Source of the DNA: Paramecium tetraurelia
Lineage: Eukaryota
DNA length: 48,462 nucleotides
Direction: 5' to 3'
Assembly (NCBI GenBank): GCA_000165425.1
Contig: CT868043.1
Coordinates: 186,001 to 234,462, forward strand
Positions 13,136 through 25,626 of the stretch are shown in pieces. Numbering within the stretch: the first letter of the stretch is position 1; the number at the start of each line of letters is the position of its first letter. A model generated the notes under the pieces. The model was not told the origin of the DNA and searched no databases. It saw only the letters and a program-made list of their open reading frames with translations. The position numbers were made by a program, and so were the translations under genes.

Positions 13136-16100
13136 ATGTTTTATAAAGTTAAAAATTCTGAAGTTGAAGGATAACATTAATTAGCAGAGATTGTACCAGT
13201 AATTATAAGTAAATTCCGATTACTCATAGCTGTAAAACATTGCTGACCTATTAGATTCTTTTGTCCTTAATGTCATGTTTCGCATTTGCTTTAATATTAT
13301 AATGGAATCAACGACTTTATCAATATTTTCTATTCATCAAAACAACTGAATACGATTGTACACATTACCTTGTATCAAATTCAACTAATGAGAAAATGGT
13401 TTGTAAGAAAATTCGTATAAACAACAATTCCTATTTTACATATAGGTAAAGGTTATTTAATTTTAAACAGATTTCTTAAATATTAGTTGAAGGACAATTT
13501 CTTCTAACCAGTTAATTATGTTGAGTCCAGTGTGTCTCATGATGAGAAGTCCAAAAAATTAGATGTATTGTTGAATACTCAAGGATCTAGAGAGATCAGA
13601 CAGATCATTTATGGGAACAGTTAATTGCAAATACCCATAAAATCCATATTCACTTATTTATTTTAGGAATTAACAAGTCCATTCTACATCTTATAGTACT
13701 TTTCAGTATTGTTGTGGATAGCAGAAGGTATAATTTATCGACCTACTTAGGATTTATAATATTTGCAATCGTCCTGCTATCCTTTTCTTTTTTGGCTTGC
13801 ATAATCAACTATTACCTTATGAGAAGGTCGAGAGTCCAATTGTAATAATTGGCAACAATCCAATAGTCAGTGACATTGAAGGACAATTCAATAATACAGG
13901 GAAGTGATTTAGTGGTAGGAGACTTATTCTATGTCTATGACAACTAATAGCTCAATTGTGATTCCATATTAATCTCTGGAGATGTGATGGTTAATGAGGC
14001 AACTCTAACTGGTGAATCCATTCCTGTTCCAAAATAGTCAATTACGGAATTAACAAATGAGATTTCTTAGAATACCCTATTTGAAGGTACTAAAGTCATT
14101 TAAGTGTCTCAATATCAATAGAATATTGCTCTGGTAATAAGGACAGGCTATAGTTCAGTGAGAGGATAGTACTTTAGGAATGTAATATTTCCACCTCCTC
14201 CTTCCAGATAATTTTACCTCTAAGCCTGTAAATTTTTGGTGATTCTTGGTCTTATTATTCTAACCATCTTCACATTGCTCTATCTTACACAATATCAATT
14301 TATGAATTATTCATCAAAATTGATAATAATTAGGTAAAATAACCTTTTTATTTAAGATATTTAGATGTAGTTACTTGGATTGTCCCACCGGCATTGCCAA
14401 TCTTTTTCTCTTTGGCACAAGCAATATCATTATTAAGGTTGAAATCAGAAGATATAATGGGATCTAATCCCATAAAGGCTGAAGAAGCAGGTAAGATTGA
14501 CACAATTTGCTTTGACAAAACTGGTACTCTGTCTACTTTGGGGTTGCAAGCACATGATTATTATCCACAAAATGATGAAATCTTGGGAATTATGGCTTGT
14601 TGTCATCATTTAGTAATAGTGAAAGATGAACTAATGGGAGATCCATTGGAATTAGAAATGTTTAAGAAGACAAATTGGGACATTAGTTTTGATGATCAAA
14701 AGTATTTTCAGGTGACTAATTAACTAAAAACATTTAAAATTATACGTATTTTTGAGTTCAGTTCTCAACTTTAGATGATGAGTGTTGTGGCTCATAATAT
14801 AAATGACGACAGTTACACTTTATTTATTAAAGGATCACCTGAAAAATTGATTTAAATGTCAGCTAATTAATTGAATAATACTATCCAGGAACAATTGTAG
14901 ATAAAGACGTTTAATGGACTTAGAGTGATTGGATTAGGTTATAAGGCATTGCTTCCTGATTAGATTAATTTGGATAGAAATGTTTTAGAGAATTAAATCA
15001 ATTTTTCAGGTATCTTTACCTTAGAGAACAGTTTGAAGAAAGACACAAGTCATGTGATAGAGGAATTATTGGATTCCAATTTGGATATCAGAGTCATATC
15101 TGGAGACAATGCTCTAACAACAACGCATTGTGCATTTGAATCTAAAATAATAGAAAATAAATCCAATACTCTCATTATAGATTATGATCAATCTACTGAT
15201 TCCTTATTGATTTAAGATTTAAGACAATAGATCCCCTCGTCTAGTCGATCCTCATGCGATGGCAAACCAGGATCGCAGTATAATTTCATCTTGACATAAT
15301 TAGATGCAATTTATAATAGTGATTGCAATTATGCCATAACAGGTAATTTGTGGAGTGTTTTGATGCAAAACAAAGTGAACGAGGTGTCTATGAATTAATC
15401 AAGTGATATATAATAGTATAACTAATTAAAGTAGATTGACGAGATTGATCAAAAATCTATTGAGTGTTTGAATAAGGTGGTCAGAAAAACTAAGATATTT
15501 TCTAGAATGAAACCACATCAAAAGAAAGAGATCGTTTAATATTTATAGAATCAACTGAATAAGTATGTCATGATGGTGGGAGATGGAGCAAACGATTGTG
15601 TAAAATATACTCATTTGATTTTTAGTCAGCCATAGCCGAATCACTTGTGGGTGTGTCCTTTAGTTCCTCAGATGCCTCATATACATCTCCTTTCAGCAAT
15701 AGGTCTGACTCCATTAAGTGTGTCATCTCTATTCTACTCTAAGGAAGAGCAACCAAGAGGATCATCATTGAACTATTCTAATACTTAGTACTCATCAGTG
15801 TCTTAAAATTTGCTGGAACTGCTCTCCTATAATTTCAAGGCATGAATTTTGGAGATTTCCAATATATCTTCATGAATTACATGTCAAGTGTTCCTGTCTT
15901 AATTCTAATGACTCTGTCTTCTAAGTCTGATAAATTGACTACATCAAAGCCAAATGATGATGTATTTGCCATTCCAAACCAATTACAATTTTACAATATC
16001 TTCATCTTTACATCCTTAGGGTGTATCATTTTATCCGCTATTGTGATGCAACACTCCGAACAACCTATACCCTCTCCTATTGAAACTTACACTAGAGAAG

Positions 16101-16477
16101 GCCCATTGAATTCAGTAATGATGCTGGCCAATCAGTATTACAATATGCTCATCTGCATTATTTTATATCAATCTCATCCTTTTAAAAGTAATGTGTCATA
16201 TCTAATATAAGCTAAATTCTATTAAAATTATCCTTTGACCATTTGGATACTTGGATGTTTACTTATAGCAATTGTCACAAACTTTAGTAATCCCTCTAGA
16301 GGATGGCTTTCTATTGTTAATATCAATGATGAAATGTAACATCTTTATTACTATTCAAGTTTCGATCACAGCGATCTTATTGTATTTTCTGTCATTATTT
16401 GTACAAGCGTTTTATGTTAAATTTGTTAAATCACAATGTAAAAATTATTTCCAACTATTAAACCTATTCAAAAATGA
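13136..16477 (+). CDS. P5B-type P-type ATPase (ATP13A2/Ypk9-like), ~1070 aa, 5-6 tiny introns
   Basis: Motifs LTGESIPV, TM4 VPPALP (P5B signature, versus PPELP in P5A), phosphorylation site FDKTGTL, GDPLE, FIKGSPE, ISGDN, FSRMKPHQK and MVGDGANDC. Confidence 0.93.
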
Positions 16478-17050
16478 CATATTCAAAATATTTTTAATTA
16501 AAGTAATTCAATTAAACTATCATAATTTTATTGATTTGTCTAATTATCAATTATTCATATTAATGTCCAATCTTGGAGGTCACCAAATTCAGTCTTTATT
16601 AACTCTATTTGTAAACTTCGACTTATTCTTGCTGTGCTTAACAAATAATAATAGTTAAGTTTTTCATTTGTTTTCCATTTGCTCTAAGGTACTATAATGG
16701 CTTTCTTATTGAAAGACATACTTAAAATATCACATATTCCAATTATTGTATCCATAGTTATTCATAAATTATCCAATTATACATTTTTATAAGAGAAATG
16801 AGATGAAGTTGTTATAAATCCAGAAGATGATTATTGGAGATTAGATATTCAGTTTTTAGATTTACGAGAATCTTTAGAGGTTGAGTTGTTTAATTTGGAT
16901 GGCTGTATAATTTTTAACGGAAATGATAAAACTGCATAATTCACACTACATTTGACTTTATTGATGAATTGAGGTGATAAAAAGTAGAAAGAATTTAATT
17001 ATAATAAATTATAGACTATTATCTTTTAAAATATTTTATAAAATGAGGTC

Positions 17051-18553
17051 TCATTTAAGATATTTAATTTTTGCAACTTTTAAGCTTGTCCCTTCAAATT
17101 CAGGGGATAAATAAAGTGAGTTTTACCCAAAATTATAATACCTTACCATTTATTTTTTTCTCTTTATTTTTTCAATTATCGTTTCTTGTTCATCGTTTTA
17201 TTTGCGTTGTTTTTCAATTACTTTTTTATTTTAATCTTCTTCGAAGAATAATAATTCTTACTCACTTTATACTTAAAGCACTCCAATATCTTAGTAAAAT
17301 TTTGGCCTAAATTTTACTTAATATGTTGTATAAAGATACCTAAGGTCCAATTTTTCAAGTAACGCTAATTAAATTTAGTTTTGGAAATTTAACTTATATA
17401 TTAGGAAAAATTTAGAATCTTTTAGGAAAACAGCTAAACCATCATTTTTCATAAAGCAAATATCAACAATCTCTTAATCAATTCTATTGTTTAAAGGTTA
17501 TATCTATTATTGCCATTAATCAAGTTAAAAAATTGCGATGGTCTGACCATTAACAACAGCAGCTAATAATGAATCGTTTAAGTTAACACTTAAGTAAGCT
17601 ATTGACATCTATTCATTTTGATATGGGAACATATTTCTCTTTCCTAAGCTTTTCCCATCGTAATACCAAAAGTGAATATGCTCTTTACTTTATGTAATTA
17701 ATAGATTATGCTTTTTACATAGAATAATGGACAGAATAGAAGAACCATGGTCTTTTTATTGATAAAAAGATCTATATTTCCCATCAAAATTCTTTTCCCA
17801 TACTTGAAATGATCCGTCATGGTAACCGACAAAAAATCTTGAGGGGTCTTTATCTTCAATTGCACAAGTAATATTAGCTTTTGTTTCACTTTCAATTATT
17901 TTCTGCTATTTTATTTTATCGTTTTCCAATGTTATCATATCAATAGATTACTTTTCTACAATTAATAAATAGTTGTCTTCCCAATTAGGTTCAATAAAAA
18001 ATACTTAAAACATTTAATGATACTATATTTCACCCATCATTTCATATTCTGATATTGAAATATCAATATTCCTATATTCTTATTCAATTTATCTATTTAG
18101 TGCTTTGATATCATTGCAAAGATTTAAAAAAAATTTTTCAGATTCTTTTTACCATAAATTAATTTCTTTTTTGATGGATTCTGCTTCCTTTGATTTATTT
18201 TGAGAGCTATTAGAAATAACCTATCTCAAGTCTGATAAACTCGAATTCTGTCCAATTTAAATAGACAGATATGGTCGACTCTCAAAAATTCCATTTAATT
18301 TACCTTCTATTCGACGAAATTCCTAATTCTACTTTTCCTTGAATTCAAGCACATTTTTGGACTAATTACCATTTTACCTGAGCTCCTCTAATACATCTGA
18401 TAGCTATTTTAAGTTTTCCAGAGAGCCACCAAATCTTTCTGAAACACAGGCCTTACAAAGCAAAATTTCTTATGGATCAATATTAGGTTTGATGCTTACA
18501 TATTTAATAACATTTCCTAAGTGGAAAGGACATACCCATTGCGAATGTTACAT
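17051..18553 (-). CDS. Divergent WD40-like beta-propeller protein with N-terminal Cys/His cluster and coiled coil, 500 aa
   Basis: Uninterrupted 1503-nt code 6 frame: CPFH...LLCKAC, a coiled coil, then WD-like blades (FFVGYHDGSFQVWEK, HGSSILSIILC, HIHFWYY, LSVNLNDSLLAAV). Confidence 0.7.
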
Positions 18554-18764
18554 TAATAGAATAATTTATGTATAATATTAATTACGTTTTTATGTTTTTT
18601 TTTCAGTTTAGTATTTCAAAATGAAGTCTTAAAATTATCTATAATATAGACTCTATCCCTTTGAATTAGTTATTGGTTGCCTTTCGTTGAATAGAAAATC
18701 AACTAGAGAATTCAAAATTAAGTAAGAAGAAAAAATAGTGACAATTAATATATATTAATATGAA

Positions 18765-21700
18765 TCAATTCTGAAATCTACTCAAATTTTACATTGCTAT
18801 CTGTAAATTATTCTAATCCTCAAATAATAGAGCTAGTTAATCTTATTTGATAATTATATATAGGTGCAAAATTTCTGCTTCAGAGTAAAATAATTAGATT
18901 TCTGAGTATTCCAAAAGATTTTAAATGCTGTTTTAATAAATAAAGAATATTTCCTTTTCGCATATAAAAAATATTTTATTTTATCCCTTCTAAAGAACCT
19001 CATGTGAACTAATTATATGAAATTTTTTATTAGAGATTTATTTGTTACAATCACATTTCTTCGCTTCCTTTAATTTTTATTGATGATAAGCTTGTTATTT
19101 ATTGAAAACCTTATACAATTTGGTTGATTCGTATATTGGTCTTTTTATTCTTATCTCGTTCCAGTTAGTTAATTTTACCAGATTGATCATAAGTCTATTG
19201 GTCAAATATTAACTTACCACATTAAACAAAAACTTTGAATCTCCAATAACATATTACATAAGTATTCTATTAACAAGATTAGAAGGCGTGCTTTAAAAGT
19301 TCTCTTTAACAAAATGTTATCGTTCTAATTAATAGTTATCTTTCAAATAAGAAATTTTCATTTTCATTGGGCACAATATTAACTTTCTCACATATATATT
19401 TATCTATTTCAATTAATTTTTTTAGACTACCTTTTCAACTTTTTTTTTGTTAAGCAATTTATAAATGTAATTACCTTTCTCTTTCATAGTGCGCTAAGAA
19501 TTTAAATATTCATAAAATTAGCCTTGTATTTATTCTTATTTTTTTAGTAATACTTTATCCATGCAAAATTGAAAATTTCCAAGATTTATTTTAACTAAAT
19601 CCAAATAATAATAAGATGAAGCTGCTGCGCTTAATTTAAATTCAAACTCCATAGAATTTTATAGTTATGAAACCTCAGAAAATAAAATAGTTTTTGATTC
19701 AGACATTTTCTTAGATTATGCATCTATTTACATCTTTTACAATTTAAAATTTATCTATTTTTAATTAAGTTCATTCGATGAATAAATCATAATGATATTA
19801 TCAAAGAAACAAATAAGTAGTTCTTTATAATCATTTTTTAGATTTTCAATATAAGAAATTGAACAGCCGACTATTTAAGTCTTAAGATCAAAATGATATT
19901 TAATTTTCTCTTACTATATTTATTGTTATATTTAACTTTACCATGCTTGTTAAAAGTCCTTAACAATAAATTATTTTTGATTGCCTACTTTAACAACAGC
20001 ATAATCGAACTTTTATCCATTAATCTCAAGATTTCCAGCTAAGCCAACCTAATCCAACTTTAAAGCAAATTAAATTGGATTATTCCAACTCCTAGTTTGA
20101 ATTTTTAGATTAACTGGATAAATAAATTCTTTGTCAGTTTAATGAGTTTTTGCTAATGGATATCGATCTCCACAAGATAGGGTTTCATTGTCACTTTTTA
20201 ATAATATTTATAAGGATTTCGATTCATTAATTACCATATATGGATAATCTTTTTGATTTTGAATATCATCTATAATCAAAAAATTTTCATTATTTTACTC
20301 CAAAATAGTAATTTTTAAAAACCTTCTTATCTATAAATTCACTGACCTAACAAGGACAACAAATTGTTATTGAACCATAATGCTGAATCTTGCTGTTTAT
20401 AAAACTATATCATCAAAATTCAGTTTTACAGAACATTCATAAGAGAAATCAGGATTGTTTAAATGTTCCTGATTCTAAAATTATAGAGGTTTTTTAATAT
20501 GGGATTCCAACAAGATTATTTAATCTTCAAAACAAATATAAATTGGTGAAGCCAATTTATTGAAAGCAACGTATTTGTAAAATAGTTAAAAGAATGGAAC
20601 TGTGTAATCTCCATATTGTATAAATTATTTTTCTATTTGAATTGGAAGAAATTAAGTAGAATGATTTACTTTCTTTTTGACATGCATAGTTTCTAATTTA
20701 ATGATATCTGACAAAACTACTGGCTATGATTTTAAATTGGTATTTCTTTCTTCAAAAACCAGATTTTACTTTTCTTAGATGTTTTCAAGCACAATCAATT
20801 AAAGAGAAGTATTATACTTTTACCCTCCCAAAAGCTCTAAGCTCTTTTCAGTACCTTGATAAAATATTAGATCTAAATCTGTGTTGTTAATTAAGTAAGG
20901 TGAATTAAATTGAATAGCAAGTCTATGTCTTCCATAGTTGTCTACAGTTGGTTTGATTAATAAAATTACATTTAATTATCTTCTATCTACGTTTAATTAC
21001 CATTTTTCATCTTCCAACAAAACTTACCTCCCTTTCATTAATTCATCAAATGTATATTGTATTGATTGATAATATCGGTCAATTTTGAAACTAAATAGGT
21101 AATCTTTTGAAGGATTGATTTCGCAATCCTCAATTATTTCTTTTTACATGATATTGAAATTCAGAAATTGTTTGATTTCAGGACAGTGCTTATCAATTGA
21201 AATGTTAAAAGGCGTTTGATTGATGAATTCTACCACTGGAGTAATTGAAATTATTGATCTCTCCATCATTATAGGATCTTGTAATGACTTCAATCTAAAG
21301 TACTTATTTTTCAGATTCAATATTTCTGAATTTCCTTTTTTTATTTTTTAAGAAATATCCTAATAATTATAAGATTCAGAGGCAAGTTTATCCTAAACTA
21401 AGCACAACCAACCTTTTGACATTTGATTTGGTATGATGTAAATATTATCGTACTTTTGAAATTTCTGAAATTATTCTTACTTTAAACCTTTAGTTAAATT
21501 GATAATTTCTTAATTCGAGATTTTAATTTATAAATCAATAGGGCTCAAATTTATTAATAAAATAGAGCTAGTAATAATTGTCTTTGAAGAATTCATAAAT
21601 TCATCTACAATTGTTTCAATAATTAATGAGAAACCTTGCTCTTTTATTATTTTCTTTTTCTGGACTTAAAAAGACCAATTGTCTATCTTTATAGTAGAAT

Positions 21701-24700
21701 TCACTCCAAACAACTCTAATTAAAATATTCCTTTGCATCTTATGATTTATTTCTAATTATTTGACAATTCTATAGGTTCTATATCTGGACCTCTTGCAAT
21801 AATCAACAAACCACTAAAATTTTATATTTCATAAGTTTCGTAAGTGAGTATTTAGTTATTACTTTAATTAATTGATTCATAAATTTGTTTCAGCTCTTTG
21901 GCTTTACGTTATTTTATTAACTTCTTGAATTTAAATAAATTCTAAAGGAATTCAGTTGATATGTTGATATGGCAAGTATCTTGTATATAAAAGTCTAAAT
22001 GCATCGTTGGCTATTAGCTTTAAATATTTAGATTGAGATCTAATAAAATAGGTTCTATGATAGGTTCCCATGCTAGTTTAGTTGAATGATAATTGACAGC
22101 TTCAAATTGATTTCTAATATGAAAATTTATATCATTTAGATTTAGTTCTAATTTCCAAAGTGGTTGGGTAAAAGTGAATCCAACTATTGGCAATGATTAA
22201 CTGAATAAATCATCTATGAATACAGCTTGAATTTAGGATTCAACTCCAGTTGTCAATGAATAGGTCTTATCTCTATATTAAATGAGATAACTTGCTAAGT
22301 CATGAGAGGCATAGAATTCAGTGATTTGAGTTGATAATTTTTAAATCTCTTTAATCAAATAGCTTATATCTCTGGTACCAAATGCAAATTTCAACTGATT
22401 TGTCTTACAATTCATATAGTGTTTTATCACATCTTTTTGAAAGAGGACTCTCCACCCAAAATCTATATTGCAAGAAGACAATAGTACTCTTTTAGTGCTC
22501 CTTTTCTTCAATTTGCTTGTCTATAATGTATATTATTAGGCAAATATTGCTTAGGCATCATAGAGTTTGATATCTATGGTCATCTCAGATTGATTATCAA
22601 CGACTAGAATTCCTTTAGGAATACCTTTCACTTATAAGCAATCTTCATCTAAACTATCCTACATAAACATAATAGTAATGTATTCCTATTTAAATGAAAT
22701 AGATTTTAGTTCACTTTATTTATACAGAACATATTTCTTATTAATTTCAACCTTCAATTAGTTACAAATAATCTAAAGATCAGGATACTAAGTCAAATAG
22801 GAATTAATAATGAATTTAGTAATATTCCAATCCTTTTTTAACTCGATTGGGTATTACTCCAGGATGGACCCTATTGTTTTAGCCCTATAGTTCAGAATAC
22901 AGTAATAAAGAGTAAGTTTAAGAATAGAATTTCCATCTAAAATCTAGAATAAAAATAAAATAATAAATTACTTGATGTTCAATTATTGTTGCACCTTTGT
23001 CACTCTTAATCTCCAGAAGTGTCTAATTTTCAAAATTATTCATTTCTTAATAAAAATCTCTAGTAATTGCAAAGTTCTAAAATGACAGTGTTACTTTATT
23101 ATTAAATTGATTTCCAAAACTAGTCAAATTTAAATAAGTTAGTTGAATATTGATAAATGGTTTTTATTCATTTGCTAACACTACAGCATGTAAACTATTT
23201 AATTTTATTTAAAAAAATGATTAGAATTCTTACTATTATTTTTAATTCTGCACATTATTTACAGGTTTATTACCATCCTATTCCAAAATATTTTATACAT
23301 AGTAATCATCATTCCGAGAGACTTGACATTTATTCACAACTATTTGTCTGTCCTCCTCATTTGCAAAAGCCAAAGTTATAACTTAATTATTTGTAGTTAA
23401 CTCAAGACTTAATTGCTATTTAATTTTGGTTTATTTATATGATATATTTTATAAATCTATCTTCATGATTTTCTCGTCTTTCTCAAATTCATACAAATTA
23501 ATGAATTTGCCCTGAAAAGTCATTCTACATTTAATTTAATCTTTGACATAGTCATTACTAAACATACAATACTTTTGTTAATTCTCTTCATTTCCTCTAA
23601 GTTGATTTTTCATTTCTTTTAATGGTTATTGAAAATGAGTTCCATAAAATTAATAAAAATATTTATAAATAGTAGGATTGATCTTAAAATTTAAGTCTCC
23701 TAATTCTATTTCAGTACTGATCTAGTTATCTTACACTTTAATTACTAATCCTACATCACAATTTGTTATCTTGACAAAATCTCTGGACATTATGATGCTG
23801 TTGAAACAGTATTATTGATGTATAAAGTCAATAGATGAATTGAACTTTTCAGAAAAGCCAAGTATTGTATCAAATATTTTAACTTCGTAAACTGATTGAT
23901 TTTGAGTTTTATAATTAAAATCAATGGATCCTGGACTAAAAAGAAAGGTTTCCTTTCCATTAGTTGAGAGTAAATAGACTTTTTCTAATTTAATTTAAAT
24001 ATCCTATTCTTTTTTATCGCTTACTATTTCTTTTATTTGTTGCTTAGCTTTCCTTGTTAATTTCGGTAATTGACTTTCTGAAACAACAAAAAAATAAAAT
24101 AAATCATAGTATTTTTCAAAATCTTATTGATTAAAAATGATTTGGAATGGACATGTCTATATAAAGAGGCTTTCTTTCTTTTCATCATTTGTGTGATGCA
24201 ATTCTAGACTGTATTTTTCTTCAAAATTTTTATTTTTGGATACTAAATAATTGATTTGATCTTAGAATTACAAGAGAACATCTCCTTACTTGACTGTGAA
24301 ATCCAATTGCAATTAATTAGTTTTATTGATCAGCAAATTGACATTTTTGATATCGAAGATCAATTTATTCAATTAATTCCTGTAATTAGATGATAACCCT
24401 ATTTAGCATGAGTTTACAACCAATTCAAATTTGAGTTAAAGACTTTTTAGATCAAAATCGGGATCTTAATCTATTTCATCAAGTATATTAACAATCTTTT
24501 CTCCCATTTTTTTATCATTTTTGACCATCCCTCCAAACCATCCCAATTTCTTTTTTCTCAATTAAACTATCTCGTCTCCCTTATCGTATTTCAAAATTTC
24601 AAATTGTATTTGTTTTAGATCATTCATTGATTAAGTTTACACTAGTTAACACAATCTCTCATATTCTTAACATTCAGTTGACTACTCTAATAGAGAGATG

Positions 24701-25545
24701 GTTTTCAAAATATTTTTAATCTCCCCTTTGACATTTTGATCATCTTCTTTATTTGAACTCCTCTCTACTTATTTGTTTTATCTCTATGTAAATTGTTATA
24801 CATAATCAGAGAATAGATAAATTGAATTACACTGAGTTTTAGAGCAATTAAAAATTAGCTAATCGAATACTATGCCTAATTAGAAGGATAGATTTTCTGA
24901 GTCTTGTTCAGCCACATCTTCAAGAGTAGCATATGCATTTAATTAAGTAATTGTATCTTGCCAAAATAGTTGTAGGTTATTGATTTCAATGTTCCTTAAT
25001 TTGGCTTGATTGGGATTCAGAGAGGATTTACAGGTTAAATGTTATAATTTGACACCAAAGGAGTTCTCAGTGCAATACTTATCTATGAAGGTGATGTTTA
25101 AACTATTTAATTCAACTTCGACGTTTTGGATCAAATTAAATACAAACTTCTTCTTTGGGTCTTATTGTTATTTATCTTGTGCTGCCATTCCTTTTAGGAG
25201 ATTTTCGACTAAGGAATTTCGAAATTTATCAAGAATTTATAATTTAATAGCACTTTCCATAACAAAATTTCCATATAAATTTAGTATTTCTATTACAATA
25301 TTGAGAGAATCAATTTTGATAGAAGATGATTTCCCTAAAGTAATAATCACATTATTGATCATGCTCTCTTTAATTATAAGTGGCAAATTGAATTTTTTAA
25401 AAATGGAAGGCTTGAATTACATGTTGTTTAATTGAATTTATCCCTTAGTCAATTGAGTCGTAATCTGCTCCTTGGAAATGTTATCAAAATACTCATACAC
25501 ATAAGTATTGATATAATCTGTGAGATAGGACTTCAAAAATTACAT
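18765..25545 (-). CDS. VPS13: VPS13-family bridge-like lipid transfer protein, ~2250 aa, at least one intron (22944-22971)
   Basis: Chorein_N start MQFLKSYLTDYINTYVYEYFDNISKEQITTQLTKGQIQLNNMQFKPSIFKKFNLPLIIKE and LIQNVEVELNSLNITFID. It also has NYHSTKLAWEPIIEP and VAB/SHR-BD-like repeats (IQFNSPYLINNTDLDL, ITPVVEFINQTPF). The spliced length is divisible by 3; the interior was not fully translated. Confidence 0.8.
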
Positions 25546-25626
25546 TATTAATAATAAAGAGTATAATAGGTCAATAGATTAATTAATTTATATTCAATTA
25601 TTATTAACATCTGATAATATATTTAG
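25546..25626. promoter_or_regulatory. Putative bidirectional promoter shared by VPS13 and KU80
   Basis: 81-bp very AT-rich spacer between two divergently oriented start codons. Confidence 0.5.

Noticed and set aside
14394..16210. Apparent fragmentation of the ATPase, Ku80 and other genes into short ORFs, suggesting pseudogenes or readthrough
   Set aside because: Fully explained by code 6 (TAA/TAG = Gln) plus tiny introns.
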